Assembly (NCBI GenBank): GCA_016188425.1
Contig: JACPHX010000002.1
Coordinates: forward strand, 2,373 to 66,372
Direction: 5' to 3'
Source of the DNA: Candidatus Uhrbacteria bacterium
Lineage (GTDB): Bacteria; Patescibacteriota; Patescibacteriia; UBA9934; GWF2-40-263
DNA: 64,000 bases
Position 1 is the stretch's first letter. Each line of letters begins with the position of its first letter. The notes under the pieces are model-generated. The model was not told where the DNA came from. It did no database searches and was given only the letters and a program-made list of their open reading frames with translations. A program made the position numbers and the translations under genes. Below, piece by piece: positions 37,975 to 49,806 of this stretch.

Positions 37975-38494
37975 GTACGGATAACACATCCTGTTTTTCC
38001 TCCCCTTGCGCCCTCTGTGCCTCCTGCGCCCCTTGCGCCTCTTTCTTTTCCTCTTTATCCACCTCCTTGAGCTCTCCCTTCTCCACCATGTCCTTGTAGA
38101 TAGCCCCCAACACCCCGTTCACGAACCTTCCTGATGCATCGCCGCCGAATCCTTTGGCCAGCTCGATAGACTCGTTAATGGCGACTTTGGAGGGGACGGC
38201 TTGGGAATACTTAAGCTCGTAGGCGCCGATGCGCAGGATATTCCGGTCGATGAGCGTCATGTTGGCGATCGGCCATTCTGGGGCGAATTGGACGATGACG
38301 GCATCGACGTCGGCGAGATGGTCGTGCACCCCGTGAACCAATTCGACGATGAAACCGGCGTCATTGAAGTTCGGGGCGAATTCTTGGCGATCGTACTCGA
38401 TGATGTCGTCGATGTTGCCTTCCGGAAACCCAAGGAAATCCCATTGATAGAGGGTTTGCAACGCGATCGTCCTGGCGAGATGACGGTTGGACAT
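37967..38494 (-). CDS. nusB: transcription antitermination factor NusB
   Basis: RHLAR..ALQTLY, IDRNILR, VAINE.IELAK, FVNGVL. Confidence 0.95.
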   Translation of the reverse strand: MSNRHLARTIALQTLYQWDFLGFPEGNIDDIIEYDRQEFAPNFNDAGFIVELVHGVHDHLADVDAVIVQFAPEWPIANMTLIDRNILRIGAYELKYSQAVPSKVAINESIELAKGFGGDASGRFVNGVLGAIYKDMVEKGELKEVDKEEKKEAQGAQEAQRAQGEEKQDVLSVLP

Positions 38495-38553
38495 ACAAGG
38501 CTTCCTTATTGTAGCAAAACGCCGCCTGTTGGCTAGGCGGCGGCTGCAGGGGT

Positions 38554-38907
38554 TTACTCTTTGGTTTTGGTCGCTTTCTTTGCGGCAGCATTCTTGGCTG
38601 CCTTCTTCGGCTTCTCTGCGAGCGCTTCCTCTTCGTGCGTATGCCCGTCGGAATGGTCGTGACCGGCATGGGCATCGGCGGCAACCGGCTTGCCTTTGAT
38701 CTCCGCGGCCTTGGCGGCCCGGCGATTCTTGCGATCCATAGAAAGGATCATCTTCCCGTCGTAGCGGCCGCAAGAGGTGCAGGCGTGGTGAGGACGGATG
38801 GGGGTTTTGCAAGAAGGACAGGCGGTGAATGCCGCTGGCGAGAGAGCGAAATGCGACGCACGGCGCCGTTTGTGTGAACTTGTTCTTCGATGACCGGGGA
38901 GACCCAT
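38554..38907 (-). CDS. rpmF: 50S ribosomal protein L32 with a His/Lys-rich extension
   Basis: MGLP..RT...RRR.H, CPSC...PHHACTSCG.Y. Confidence 0.92.
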   Translation of the reverse strand: MGLPGHRRTSSHKRRRASHFALSPAAFTACPSCKTPIRPHHACTSCGRYDGKMILSMDRKNRRAAKAAEIKGKPVAADAHAGHDHSDGHTHEEEALAEKPKKAAKNAAAKKATKTKE

Positions 38908-38969
38908 AGGAGGGGGATGTAGGTTTAAGTTGCAGGGAGAGTAACGGGGAACCCCGCTCTTTGTCAAGA

Positions 38970-41456
38970 CTAAATAATGGTTGAGCTCGCCACCGTATCG
39001 GCCGCCGTCTTAAAGCGCATGATACGCACCCCCTGTGTCGCGCGCCCAAGGACCGGGACCGACGAAACGGCGGAACGGATCACCTGCCCTGCCCCCGAGA
39101 CAATAAGCATGTCCCGGTCGTCTTTGCCGTTCACGATCATGGCTTCGATGATCTTCCCGGTCTTGCTCGTGACATGGGCTGTCAGCACGCCGGATCCGCC
39201 ACGTCCTTGCAGCTTGTATTCCGTAACATCCGTCCGTTTCCCGTAGCCGTTTTTCATGACGACGAGGAGATGGAGTTGGTTTTTCTTTATCGCCGTCCCC
39301 TGCTCGATGACTTCCATACCAACCACCAGATCCGTCCCTTTGAGCTTGATGCCGCGCACGCCCGCCGCCACGCGCCCCATGGGGCGCACATCGCCTTCGG
39401 TAAAACGGATAGATTGCGCTTCGGCCGAGACGAGCATGATATCGTCTTTCCCTGTGGATGGCTTCACCCACTCCAGGTTGTCCCCATCATTCAGCTTGAT
39501 CGCGATGAGGCCGCTGCGACGCACGTTCTCGAAATCGTCCAAAGATGTTTTCTTGATCGTCCCTTTGTTGGTGACCATGACGAGGTACTTGAACGCATCC
39601 ATTTCCGACATGGACAGCGATGCGGTCACGGTCTCACCTGGAGCAAGCTCGAGAAAATTCACGAGCGCTTGTCCTTTGGAGGTACGCGACGCTTCTGGCA
39701 CTTCGTACGCCTTGAGCTTGAAGACGCGCCCGCGGCTCGTGAAGAACATCAAATCCTTGTGGGTCGTCGTCGAAAAAATCGTCTCAACCTGGTCGTCCTC
39801 TTTGGTCTCCAGCCCGATGACCCCCTTCCCTCCGCGCCCTTGCTGTTTGAACGTGTCGGGCGGCAGGCGCTTGATGTAGCCCGCGCGGGTAATCAGGATC
39901 ATCGTCGCCGCGTCGGGAATCACATCTTCGACCGAAAATTCTTTCAATCCGGATTTGATTATTTGTGTGCGTCGGTCTTCGCCGTATTTGTCGCGAATCT
40001 CTTTGACTTCCGCAGCAATGACGGAAAGCATGCGCTTTTCCGATTTCAAAATCGCTTCCAATTCTTTGATGAGTTTCATCTTCTCCTCGTATTCCTGCTC
40101 GACTTTGAGACGTTCCAGGTTGGCCAGCTGTTGGAGGCGCATTTCCAAGATCGCGACCGTTTGCGGATCCGAGAGTTTGAACTTCGCGATCAAATTGATC
40201 TTCGCCTCGTCCTTATCCTTCGATTTCTTGATCGTCTCGATGATCTTGTCGATGTGGAGCATCGCGATACGGTAGCCCTCGAGGATATGGGCGCGATCCA
40301 TGGCACGCGTAAGCTCGAACTGGGTACGCCGGCGCACGACGACTTTGCGGTGCTTCAGATATTCCTCCAGGATGGTCTTCAAGTTCAAGACGCGCGGCTG
40401 GATGCCGTCCACAAGAGCCAGCATATTGTAGTGGAAGCTCTCCTGGAGCTGGGTCGTCTGGTAGAGACGGTTCAGCACTTTCATTGGGTAGGCGTCTTTC
40501 TTGAGCTCAATGACGATGCGGACACCTTCCTGGGTGGATTCGTCACGCAAATCACGAATACCTTCCACTTTCTTGTCACGGACATTTTGTGCGATGCGTT
40601 CAAGGAGCGTCGCTTTGTTCACCTGGTAGGGAATCTCGTGAACGAGAATGATCGCATTCCCCTTTTTATCCTCCGCGATCTCGGTCTTCGCACGTACGAC
40701 AATGCCACCTTTGCCGGTCGCATATGCTTGTTTCAAATCTTTGGCGTTGTAGACGATGGCGCCCGTTGGAAAATCCGGCCCTTTCACGAATTCAGAAAGG
40801 TCATCAACCGTCGCTTCCGGTTTCTCGATGAGATGAAGGACCGCGTCGCACACCTCGCGCAGGTTATGCGGTGGGATGTTGGAGGCCATACCAACAGCGA
40901 TGCCGACCGTGCCGTTGATCAAAAGGTTCGGGAGCTTCCCAGGAAGCACCTGCGGCTCCTTCTGGGAACCATCGTAGTTGGGAACGAAATCGACCGTATT
41001 CTTTTCAAGGTCGACAAGAAGCTCCTCCGCGATACCGGCGAGTTTCGCTTCGGTATAACGCATGGCCGCGGCCGCGTCGCCGTCCATGGAGCCGAAGTTC
41101 CCTTGTCCGCGCACGAGCGGCGCGCGCATGGAAAAATCTTGCGCCATGCGCACGAGCGTGTCGTAAATCGCGCTGTCGCCGTGGGGGTGGTATTTCGCCA
41201 TCACTTCACCAACCACGAACGCCGACTTCTTGAACTTCGCCGTGGAGCGCAACCCGATGTTCCACATCGCATACAAGACGCGACGATGCACCGGTTTCAA
41301 CCCGTCACGCACGTCCGGAAGCGCACGCCCGACGATGACCGACATCGCATAATCCAAATACGACCGTTCCATTTCCTCCACGATATTCTGTGGCGAAATC
41401 GTCCCGATCTTAATCTCATCCGATGGTTCACCATCGTGCTTGGAAGCGCGTGCCAT
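38970..41456 (-). CDS. gyrA: DNA gyrase subunit A
   Basis: [14 protein letters not shown], GyrA box QGRGGKG, C-terminal pinwheel. Confidence 0.97.
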   Translation of the reverse strand: MARASKHDGEPSDEIKIGTISPQNIVEEMERSYLDYAMSVIVGRALPDVRDGLKPVHRRVLYAMWNIGLRSTAKFKKSAFVVGEVMAKYHPHGDSAIYDTLVRMAQDFSMRAPLVRGQGNFGSMDGDAAAAMRYTEAKLAGIAEELLVDLEKNTVDFVPNYDGSQKEPQVLPGKLPNLLINGTVGIAVGMASNIPPHNLREVCDAVLHLIEKPEATVDDLSEFVKGPDFPTGAIVYNAKDLKQAYATGKGGIVVRAKTEIAEDKKGNAIILVHEIPYQVNKATLLERIAQNVRDKKVEGIRDLRDESTQEGVRIVIELKKDAYPMKVLNRLYQTTQLQESFHYNMLALVDGIQPRVLNLKTILEEYLKHRKVVVRRRTQFELTRAMDRAHILEGYRIAMLHIDKIIETIKKSKDKDEAKINLIAKFKLSDPQTVAILEMRLQQLANLERLKVEQEYEEKMKLIKELEAILKSEKRMLSVIAAEVKEIRDKYGEDRRTQIIKSGLKEFSVEDVIPDAATMILITRAGYIKRLPPDTFKQQGRGGKGVIGLETKEDDQVETIFSTTTHKDLMFFTSRGRVFKLKAYEVPEASRTSKGQALVNFLELAPGETVTASLSMSEMDAFKYLVMVTNKGTIKKTSLDDFENVRRSGLIAIKLNDGDNLEWVKPSTGKDDIMLVSAEAQSIRFTEGDVRPMGRVAAGVRGIKLKGTDLVVGMEVIEQGTAIKKNQLHLLVVMKNGYGKRTDVTEYKLQGRGGSGVLTAHVTSKTGKIIEAMIVNGKDDRDMLIVSGAGQVIRSAVSSVPVLGRATQGVRIMRFKTAADTVASSTII

Positions 41457-41457
41457 A

Positions 41458-41775
41458 TCAATTTTGTTTCTTCAAAAGTTCGGTAAGGGCAGAACGAATC
41501 TCGGTGTCACCGGTGGCAGAGGGCCGAAGTTCGGACTCCTCCCCTGCCAAGGGGAGGGCGGGTGGGGTCGCCGCTGGTTTTAGCGCCTCCAATGTATCCT
41601 GCGCCTGCAGACTCACATCCCCATATCCCGCCTTGAACACATCCGTCACCCCCGCAAACGCCCCTTGCATGAACGCAGCCCAAGCAACGACGATCCCTAC
41701 GGACAAAAACGCGCTCCCTCCATAAAGAGACCACCGCTGAAACTTGGTCGGCTGACGGACAAAACGTACATGCAT
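41458..41775 (-). CDS. small membrane hypothetical protein
   Basis: One TM helix; tight spacing to neighbours; contains a REP-like insert. Confidence 0.65.
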   Translation of the reverse strand: MHVRFVRQPTKFQRWSLYGGSAFLSVGIVVAWAAFMQGAFAGVTDVFKAGYGDVSLQAQDTLEALKPAATPPALPLAGEESELRPSATGDTEIRSALTELLKKQN

Positions 41776-41779
41776 AGGA

Positions 41780-42412
41780 TTAGCGAGTCATGGTGACACA
41801 TTTAAGGCCTTCCTCGGGGAGGTCTCTCTTTTGAAGTTTCAACTTCCCTGTCTCTTCCTTCTGGCAGGTACCGACGGCTTTATAAAAATCATCCACCGAC
41901 GCCAATGTTTCTTTGAGATTAGGAACACCGAAAGTCATGGGAATCACGACCCCTGGTTCCACATGCGACACCACCGCCGCCGCCTGCTTCCCATCGAGGA
42001 CTCGGCCACCACCACATGGAACCATCAAAATATTCGCTCCTTGAACGAATTTGAGCTCTTCTTCCGTCAGTTCGCGATCGAGAGTCCCTAGATGCGCGAT
42101 GGACATGTCCTCGGCTTCAAAACGGAAGAGGCGATGCGCGCCACTCTTTATAGGAGCAGACATGGAATAGACGAACAGTCCTTTGGTTTCAAATTCCCCA
42201 GGCATGTCCACGATGAAGGGGCTGCCCAACAACGCACCGATCGCGTTGGCATCCTCCGCGTCGTGGCTTGTGGCAACGACTTGCGCTTCGATGGTCCGTG
42301 GAAACCGCAACCCAGTCGTATTGTCGTACGGATCAACCACAAGCGTCATCTCCCCCGCCGGGGTTTTCGCGACCACTTCAAAACAAGAAAGTCCGTGCCA
42401 AATGATATGCAT
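41780..42412 (-). CDS. MBL-fold hydrolase-like protein (degenerate metal site)
   Basis: IWHGLSCF, VDPY, PGEFE.KG, AHLG, VIPM. Confidence 0.8.
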   Translation of the reverse strand: MHIIWHGLSCFEVVAKTPAGEMTLVVDPYDNTTGLRFPRTIEAQVVATSHDAEDANAIGALLGSPFIVDMPGEFETKGLFVYSMSAPIKSGAHRLFRFEAEDMSIAHLGTLDRELTEEELKFVQGANILMVPCGGGRVLDGKQAAAVVSHVEPGVVIPMTFGVPNLKETLASVDDFYKAVGTCQKEETGKLKLQKRDLPEEGLKCVTMTR

Positions 42413-42602
42413 AATTGCGTGCTGAATCGTGGGGATCGTATCATGGGGAAGGAGCGGGGACAAGGACAGGCGCAAGGGGCGCAGGGGGTCCAGGGGCGCA
42501 AGAGGAAGGGCAAGAAAACACGAGGTCAAAAGCGAACCGCGCGCTTGCGCGCCCATGTTCTCTGCGCCCCTTGGACCCCCTGCGCCCCTTGCGCCCTGCA
42601 TC

Positions 42603-43286
42603 TTATGCATCCTTCCCCTCCGCCAACACCCCCTTCCAATACTCCACCTCATTCTTCACGTCCGCGAGCTCCGGGTCTCGCTCGGTGACGGAGAGGCCTT
42701 CGCGAAAGGTTTTGACGCGCTCCAGGGCTTCGGTGCGAATCGTGGGCTCCTGGGTCGCGAGGGCTTCCAACGCGTTGATGGCCTCTTCGATAGCCGCGAG
42801 GTTCTGCTCTTCCTCCGCGAGTTTTTTCTTATACGCAGGATCTTCCGCGAGTGCCACCGGATCCATTTCCTCCTTTACATGCGTCTGCGCGTCCAGGAAA
42901 CCGTGCTCGAATTGGTAGCGCTCCTCGGGAGTGAATTCTTTTTCAAACAGGTCGCTCTGCATGATGCTTGCGAGCGACACGCCAGAGGCGACTATTTTCT
43001 CCACCTTCCCGCGCACCGCGGGGTCGAGATGTTCCAAGACGAACAGTTTTGTCTTCTCCTCCACCGTCGCGTCCATAAGCGCATGGTACGCCCTTCGCGC
43101 CGCAAACTCCCCGCGTCCTGTCTGCACAAGCGCCGCCCGGATCTGTTCTTCCGTCGCATCCTGGTTTGCAAGCAATTCCTTATACATCCGCTTCGCCTCC
43201 TCCGCGACTTCGGCTGGAACCGTCGGCACAAGATGATCGATGGCGAACTTATACTCGTCGAGCATGGCTTTGAAGTGGTGGGGCAT
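42603..43286 (-). CDS. helical hypothetical protein
   Basis: 227-aa ORF; typical start context. Confidence 0.75.
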   Translation of the reverse strand: MPHHFKAMLDEYKFAIDHLVPTVPAEVAEEAKRMYKELLANQDATEEQIRAALVQTGRGEFAARRAYHALMDATVEEKTKLFVLEHLDPAVRGKVEKIVASGVSLASIMQSDLFEKEFTPEERYQFEHGFLDAQTHVKEEMDPVALAEDPAYKKKLAEEEQNLAAIEEAINALEALATQEPTIRTEALERVKTFREGLSVTERDPELADVKNEVEYWKGVLAEGKDA

Positions 43287-43432
43287 AGGGGGGAAGGATA
43301 ACAGAGGTTACAGAGGATGACAGAGGCGAACAGAGGTCGGAAAAAAAGGAAATCAGGAACGTAGCGGCTACATTCCATCAAAATTCTAACACGCCCAAAC
43401 CAAAACCATTTCCCTCCGTCAAGGGAACGCAC

Positions 43433-43491
43433 CGCTGCTAACGCTCGGGGTTGGCAGAAGGGAAAACTGCTAACGCCGAGCGTTAGCAGCG
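43433..43491. repeat. long near-perfect hairpin
   Basis: CGCTGCTAACGCTCGG-G-GTTGGCAG...CTGCTAAC-G-CCGAGCGTTAGCAGCG. Confidence 0.75.
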
Positions 43492-43965
43492 AAAAAATAA
43501 GAGGAGACCGGAAACCGGAAAGCCAAGGTCCAAAGACCAAGCTCTCCAAGTTCCGATCTCCAAGCGACTAGCGCAACTCCCGAGGGGCAGGCACACCCCA
43601 GTACGGAAGGGCAAGGCGGACGTCGCGCACGTAGCAGTGCACCTTGCGAACGCCGCGGTCGAAGTGCACGCCGACCGCGTCCAACCAAAGGCCGTCGCCT
43701 GGGACATTCACCTTGTACCCGGCGGCCGAGACGAACGGGACATCGTCTCCGTTCATGGCCTGCACCCAAGCCCGCTTTTTGGCCTGATTGCCAAAAGCAA
43801 ACCCGCCGTTTTTCTTTCGCAGCCCCCGCAATCTGGCACAAAATTGACTTCCTATCAACCTTCCCCTACACTCTCCCTACTTCTTAATTATTGATTCCGT
43901 TGGGACGTGACGACCTCCTCCAGCTGCCTGGAGACAGGGGCCGGTCACCCTCCTGCCGGCCCTCT

Positions 43966-45114
43966 ATGCCCAAGACCAATGCCACCCCGGTCGAACAAAC
44001 CGTTGACCTGTCCCCTCTTGGAAAACTCCTTGAAAACCCTTCCTATCTCCAAATCCCAAAAACAGGGGATGTTGTGAAAGGAAAAATCCTCTCGGTGAAC
44101 CGCCGCGAGGTGCGCCTCGATTTGGCTGGCATGCAGACGGGTGTCGTCCGCGGCCGCGAACTTTTTGCCGAATCGCTTGAGTTCAAACATTTGGATATTG
44201 GCCACGAGGTAGAAGCGACCGTGATCGACATCGAAAACGAAAACGGCGAAGTCGAACTTTCTTTCCGTTTTGCGGGTCAAAAGAAAGCGTGGGAAGAATT
44301 GCGCCGCCTCTTCACATCCAATGAACCGGTCGAGGTCAAAATCCTCGAAGCAAACAAAGGCGGTCTGTTGGTACGCGTGGAGCACATCAACGGTTTCCTC
44401 CCTGTCTCCCAGCTCGCTCCAGACCACTACCCGCGCGTCACTGGTGGCGACAAGCAGAAAATCCTGGAGCGTTTGAAGAGCTATGTCGGCGACACCTTTA
44501 AAGCCCGCATCCTGGACATGAACGAAGAAGATGAAAAGCTTATCGTGTCTGAAAAAGCCGTCTGGGAAGAATCGCAAAAGAACATCATCTCCAAATACAA
44601 AGTCGGAAGTCTCGTAGAGGGAGATGTCACCGCCATCGCGGACTTCGGCGCCTTCGTAAAATTCGACGGCCTGGAAGGGCTCGTACACATCAGCGAAATC
44701 GCCTGGCAGCGTATAGACCACCCACGCGACTTGCTGCACCTGGGCCAGCACGTGAAAGCGGAAATCATCGGCTTGGAAGGAAGCAAGATCTTCCTCTCGA
44801 TGAAGAAGCTCGTCTCCGACCCATGGCAGACAATCAGCGAACGCTACAAGGTTGGCGACGTGGTGCAGGGCAAGGTACTGAAAGTGAACCCGTTCGGCTT
44901 CTTCGTGGAGCTCGATCCGGAAATCCATGGCCTCGCCCATGTAAGCGAACTCTCCGACGCGCCTATCAAGAATATCGACGAGATCGGCAAAATCGGCGAA
45001 ACGCTCCCCTTCAAGATCGTCTCGATTGAACCACAGGAACATCGCCTGGGCCTCTCGATCAAAGCTATCAAAGCCAAGGAAGAGACCAAAGAAAAGGAAG
45101 CCAAGAAAGAATAG
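43966..45114 (+). CDS. rpsA: 30S ribosomal protein S1 (four S1 domains)
   Basis: NKGGL, GFLPVSQ, FGAFV, GLVHISE; hairpin in the 5' leader (43897-43959). Confidence 0.92.
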   Translation: MPKTNATPVEQTVDLSPLGKLLENPSYLQIPKTGDVVKGKILSVNRREVRLDLAGMQTGVVRGRELFAESLEFKHLDIGHEVEATVIDIENENGEVELSFRFAGQKKAWEELRRLFTSNEPVEVKILEANKGGLLVRVEHINGFLPVSQLAPDHYPRVTGGDKQKILERLKSYVGDTFKARILDMNEEDEKLIVSEKAVWEESQKNIISKYKVGSLVEGDVTAIADFGAFVKFDGLEGLVHISEIAWQRIDHPRDLLHLGQHVKAEIIGLEGSKIFLSMKKLVSDPWQTISERYKVGDVVQGKVLKVNPFGFFVELDPEIHGLAHVSELSDAPIKNIDEIGKIGETLPFKIVSIEPQEHRLGLSIKAIKAKEETKEKEAKKE

Positions 45115-45173
45115 TAATTTGGAGGAACCGGATGGGAAGACGAAAGTCTTCCCATCTTGGTTCTCCACCCACT

Positions 45174-46985
45174 ATGAAACCACTTTCCAAACAACTCATC
45201 GCCGTCCTCGTTGGTCTCCTGCTCATCTCCGCCGTCTTTGCGAATATGCGGCTCTCCGGCGCGAAGCCTGCGGTCTTATCAATGAAAGACATCGCCGCTC
45301 ACGTGCAAGCCGCGGATCTCAAATCCATCGAAATCGAGGGGAGCAACCTCAAGATCACGGGGAAAGACGATGTCATCTACACCTCAAAGAAGGAACCGGA
45401 TGCTCCGCTCTCCGAGCAGCTTGCCCAATACGGCGTCACGGCAGAGAACCTCAAAAACGTCGACATCAAGGTCGTTGAAAAAGGGGCGCGCGACTATATT
45501 CTTGGCGTACTCCTCCCTTCGCTTCTTCCGATCATCCTCCTGGTGGGCGTGTTCTATTTCATGCTCCGTTCCATGCAAGGGGCAAATAACCGCGCCATGA
45601 GCTTCGGCCAAAGTAATGCGCGGGAAAACACGCCGGAGTCTGGGAAAAAGGTGACGTTTGCAGACGTCGCAGGTGCGAAAGAACCCAAGGAAGAGCTGGA
45701 AGAGGTTGTAGACTTCCTCAAGAACCCGAAAAAATTTGCCGACCTGGGCGCGAAGCTCCCCAAGGGTGTCCTTTTGATGGGACGTCCTGGAACAGGAAAA
45801 ACACTCATGGCGCGAGCGGTCGCTGGTGAGGCGAACGTTCCGTTCTTCCACTTGAGCGGCTCTGAATTTGTCGAAATGTTCGTCGGCGTTGGCGCCTCGC
45901 GCGTGCGCGACCTCTTTGCGAAAGCAAAAAAGGCGGCGCCCTGCATTATTTTCATCGATGAGATAGACGCGGTCGGACGCCAGCGCGGCGCCGGCTTGGG
46001 AGGCGGACACGACGAACGCGAACAAACCTTGAACCAGATCCTCGTGGAGATGGACGGCTTCGATCCGCACCTGGGCGTCATCGTGATCGCGGCCACCAAC
46101 CGCCCCGACGTGCTGGATCCTGCCTTATTGCGCCCCGGCCGCTTTGACCGGCGCGTCACGATGAACCTCCCCGACATCAGCGAACGAGAGGCCATCCTTG
46201 CCGTGCATGCCAAAGACAAACCTATGGCTCCCGATGCCAACCTGCGCCGTGTCGCAGAACGCACCGTCGGTTTTGCCGGCGCCGATCTCATGAACCTCCT
46301 CAATGAGGCCGCGATCCGCGCCGCGCGCCGCAACGACAAGTTGGTCACGCAAGAAGACATCCTCCTGTCCATCGAGAAAGTATTGCTTGGCCCTGAACGC
46401 CGCAGCTCTGTCGTTTCCGAAGAAGAGAAAAAAATGACCGCCTACCACGAAGCCGGCCATGCGCTTGTCGGGCACTTACTTCCCAACACCGACCCGATCC
46501 ACAAGGTATCGATCATCTCCCGTGGGAATGCGGGCGGCTACACAATGCACCTTCCTTCCGAAGACCGCCGCTTCCACAAGAAAGCCCAATTCGTCGACAC
46601 GATGGCTATGATGCTGGGCGGCTACGTCGTAGAGCAAGAGGTCTTCGGCGACCTGTCGACGGGGGCGTCCGATGATTTGCGCAAATGCTCCCAGCTCGCC
46701 CGCGAGCTCGTGACCCGCTACGGCATGAGCGAAGAGCTCGGGCCACTCGTCTTTGGCGAAGGCCAAGACATGATCTTCCTGGGCCGGGACCTGCACGACG
46801 CGCGCAACTACTCGGAGCACACCGCACAGCGCATCGACGAGGAGGTAAAAAAATTCGTCTTTAGCGCATTGGAAAGCGCTCGTGCTATAATTCGAAAGGA
46901 GCGTGCGTCGCTTGATAAAATAGCGAACGCTCTCCTCGAAAAAGAAACGATTGAAAAAGAAGCATTCGAGGCCTTACTCGCTTGA
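45174..46985 (+). CDS. ftsH: ATP-dependent Zn metalloprotease FtsH
   Basis: Two TM helices, [26 protein letters not shown]. Confidence 0.97.
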   Translation: MKPLSKQLIAVLVGLLLISAVFANMRLSGAKPAVLSMKDIAAHVQAADLKSIEIEGSNLKITGKDDVIYTSKKEPDAPLSEQLAQYGVTAENLKNVDIKVVEKGARDYILGVLLPSLLPIILLVGVFYFMLRSMQGANNRAMSFGQSNARENTPESGKKVTFADVAGAKEPKEELEEVVDFLKNPKKFADLGAKLPKGVLLMGRPGTGKTLMARAVAGEANVPFFHLSGSEFVEMFVGVGASRVRDLFAKAKKAAPCIIFIDEIDAVGRQRGAGLGGGHDEREQTLNQILVEMDGFDPHLGVIVIAATNRPDVLDPALLRPGRFDRRVTMNLPDISEREAILAVHAKDKPMAPDANLRRVAERTVGFAGADLMNLLNEAAIRAARRNDKLVTQEDILLSIEKVLLGPERRSSVVSEEEKKMTAYHEAGHALVGHLLPNTDPIHKVSIISRGNAGGYTMHLPSEDRRFHKKAQFVDTMAMMLGGYVVEQEVFGDLSTGASDDLRKCSQLARELVTRYGMSEELGPLVFGEGQDMIFLGRDLHDARNYSEHTAQRIDEEVKKFVFSALESARAIIRKERASLDKIANALLEKETIEKEAFEALLA

Positions 46986-47003
46986 TAGACCCGGAAGGAG
47001 GAT

Positions 47004-47975
47004 GTGAAACTCTCGTTCAAACCCTACCGCCACCTCTTATTGGAGGCCTGGCAACAAACCTGCAAACATCCGCATCTTTGGTTATGCGGCGTGTTTGCAG
47101 GTTTTGCGTCTCTGGGCGGGTTCTCCCATCTTCCCCTGTTGGTTCCTTCCAGCCCGCAAGCCGTCCGTACGTTTATCCGATCATTCCTAGAGCCGGGACA
47201 AACCTTCGACGCCTTTGCCGAGGTTGTTCGGTTCTTCATGCGCCATACGCCCCAAGAAATATTTTGGTATATCGCTCTTCTGGTTCTTTTTTGCGCCATG
47301 CTGCTTGTAACAGTATCTATATGCCAAGCCGGTATTCTTGCCGGCCTGCGCGAAGCCGATCCCCAGCGCCCCTCCGATGTGCTGCGCCTCGCCCGCCCAT
47401 TTTTTCTCCGAGTGATTGGGGTGGATCTGGCGTATAAAGCAGTACTGACATTGTTGCTGTTCATCGGTTCTTGTCCGCTGTTGCTCCTGTCTACCCATCA
47501 GACGCCCGGCCGAGCATGGTTCGCCTTCCTGTCTCTGCTTCTTGTTATTCCCGCCGCCCTTTTGTGGCAACTCTTGAGCACCCTTACGCTTGTAGGGGTG
47601 GTTCGAGCCGACCGATCCATCATCCACAGCACCCATGATGCGTGGGTTATCTTCCGAAGGCACCCGCTCGCCACGGTCGAATTTGCCGTCCTGGTTCTCC
47701 TTATGACCGCTGGTATTCTCCTCGTGAGCGCTACCGTTCTCATATTGGTGCTTATCCCGTTGCGTTCATTCTTGCTGCTCCTCTCCTCCTCCCTCCCTCC
47801 TCCCCTCCAATCGATGGACGACCTCTTCATCCTGTTTGTGAGCATCGGCTTCCCAACTATCGTGGGCGGCATCATGACGGTTTTTTCTTACGCGGCTTGG
47901 CAGCGTTTTTATGAACATGCCGCCCCGCTCACCGTCCGTTTTCCCATCATCGCCAAACTGCGTCGGCTCTTCTGA
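47004..47975 (+). CDS. multi-pass membrane protein
   Basis: About six hydrophobic segments. Confidence 0.75.
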   Translation: MKLSFKPYRHLLLEAWQQTCKHPHLWLCGVFAGFASLGGFSHLPLLVPSSPQAVRTFIRSFLEPGQTFDAFAEVVRFFMRHTPQEIFWYIALLVLFCAMLLVTVSICQAGILAGLREADPQRPSDVLRLARPFFLRVIGVDLAYKAVLTLLLFIGSCPLLLLSTHQTPGRAWFAFLSLLLVIPAALLWQLLSTLTLVGVVRADRSIIHSTHDAWVIFRRHPLATVEFAVLVLLMTAGILLVSATVLILVLIPLRSFLLLLSSSLPPPLQSMDDLFILFVSIGFPTIVGGIMTVFSYAAWQRFYEHAAPLTVRFPIIAKLRRLF

Positions 47976-48022
47976 AGTCCGCCGCCCGTTGTGGTATCAT
48001 CGACGGGTGAAACCTCTTCTCT

Positions 48023-49750
48023 ATGGCATCGGACATCCCCTCCATTGATGATTTGTTGACATCCAAAGGCGCGGGCCCTTCGGGAAGCACGCAACAGGTT
48101 GCCGTCAGCAAACTGAAGGAAAAGATGGGAACCATCCATCTCAAAGAAAAAGAAGAGGAAACGGCAAAGGCCGCGGCGGCGGCCGGCCTTCCGTATGTGA
48201 ACCTCAAAGGATTCCCCATAAGCCCCGATGCCATCACGCAAATTCCGAAAGCACAAGCGATGGAGCTGAACATCGTCTGTTTTCTGAATACCGGAAGCGA
48301 TGTACGCCTTGGAACAACGAACGCGTCCAATCCGCAAGCAAAGGAACTCCTCTTCCAAATACAGGAACGTCTGGAAGCAAAGGGGGGGCTGTATCTCATT
48401 TCAGAAGCGAGTCTCAAAGAAGCGATCGCGTTTTATGATCGGCTGCCGAAAATTCGGCAGATCATTAAGGGCGTGAAGATCACCTCCGACGAATTGAACA
48501 AATTTTCCGTCTCGAGCAAAACGCCGGAGCAGATACGCGAGTCGCTTGAAAAAGCGAACGTAACTGACATCGTGACGATTCTGATTGCAGCCGCCCTCGA
48601 ACTCAACTCGAGCGATATCCACGTAGAAGCGGAACAAAGCGGCATTGTCGTCCGGTTGCGCATCGACGGCATCTTGCAGGAAATCGCAACCCTCCCGCTG
48701 GAACAATGGAAAAAGATTGTCTCGCGCATCAAGCTGTTCAGCGGGCTCAAAATCAATATTACCGACACCCCCCAAGACGGCCGCTTCACCATTTTCCTCC
48801 AAAGTGGCGATACCGACGTCCGCGTCTCTTGCATCCCCACCACTTGGGGAGAATCCGTCGTCATGCGCGTCCTCAAGGCGTCCGCCATCCAAGTTGAATT
48901 CAACGAACTCGGATTCCGGCCACCCGCCGAAAAAAGATTGCGCGGGGAAATCAACAAGCCCTTCGGCATGATCCTTTCGACCGGGCCGACCGGTTCGGGA
49001 AAAACGACCACGCTCTACACCATCCTGCGGCTCAAAGCGCAGCCGGATATAAAAGTCATCACCCTGGAAGATCCGATCGAGTACAAACTGGAAGGAATCA
49101 ACCAATCACAGATCGACCGCACGAAAGAATACACCTTCGTGACCGGCTTGCGCGCCATCCTTCGCCAGGATCCAGACGTGCTGATGGTGGGAGAAATCCG
49201 CGACCTGGAAACCGCCGAGGTCGCCATCAATGCCTCCCTCACCGGCCACCTCCTCCTCTCCACCCTCCACACCAACGACGCCGCCGGCGCTCTGCCGCGA
49301 TTGCTCTCCATGGGCGTGAAGCCGTTCCTGCTCGCCCCGGCTCTAAACGCGATCATGGGGCAACGTTTGTTGCGACGCGTCTGTACAAAGTGCGGAGTTC
49401 CTGCCACACCGACTCCCGAGACAACGGCGGCTATCCGTGATGCGCTTGCGTCTCTCCCGACCAATTCAGGAGAGACTGTCCCACCAGAGGCGCAGTGGAA
49501 AGTCGTCGCCCCCAAAGGATGCGAGGCCTGCCACAACACCGGCTACAAAGGCCGCGTCGGTTTGTTTGAGGTGCTCCTCATGGACAAACAAATCGAACAG
49601 GCCATGAACGACAATCTCTCGGAAGTAAAAATGAAAGAATTGGCCGCCGCACAGGGAATGGTCACCCTGCGGCAGGATGGAATGCTGAAAGTGCTCGATG
49701 GGATCACGACGATTGAAGAAGTGATGCGCGTGACAGCGCAGGAGAAATAA
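48023..49750 (+). CDS. GspE/PilB-family secretion ATPase
   Basis: SDIH.E, PQDG, GPTGSGKTT, EDPIE, LRQDPD, STLH, CxxC...CxxC. Confidence 0.93.
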   Translation: MASDIPSIDDLLTSKGAGPSGSTQQVAVSKLKEKMGTIHLKEKEEETAKAAAAAGLPYVNLKGFPISPDAITQIPKAQAMELNIVCFLNTGSDVRLGTTNASNPQAKELLFQIQERLEAKGGLYLISEASLKEAIAFYDRLPKIRQIIKGVKITSDELNKFSVSSKTPEQIRESLEKANVTDIVTILIAAALELNSSDIHVEAEQSGIVVRLRIDGILQEIATLPLEQWKKIVSRIKLFSGLKINITDTPQDGRFTIFLQSGDTDVRVSCIPTTWGESVVMRVLKASAIQVEFNELGFRPPAEKRLRGEINKPFGMILSTGPTGSGKTTTLYTILRLKAQPDIKVITLEDPIEYKLEGINQSQIDRTKEYTFVTGLRAILRQDPDVLMVGEIRDLETAEVAINASLTGHLLLSTLHTNDAAGALPRLLSMGVKPFLLAPALNAIMGQRLLRRVCTKCGVPATPTPETTAAIRDALASLPTNSGETVPPEAQWKVVAPKGCEACHNTGYKGRVGLFEVLLMDKQIEQAMNDNLSEVKMKELAAAQGMVTLRQDGMLKVLDGITTIEEVMRVTAQEK

Positions 49751-49806
49751 CAACGACACTCTTAGAAAGAAAAATCCATCGCGTCCAAAGACGATAGATT
49801 TTTAAT

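Noticed and set aside
39174-41486. 770-aa plus-strand ORF, and similar long ORFs opposite leuS, infB, trxB, proS, rny and rpsA
   Set aside because: These are antisense shadows of well-supported genes, produced by codon bias.
43568-43858. Possible small minus-strand gene
   Set aside because: No recognisable motif or clear start; left unannotated, although it may be real.
43897-43959. SRP RNA
   Set aside because: The hairpin lacks the GNRA-capped domain IV motif; an rpsA leader is more likely.
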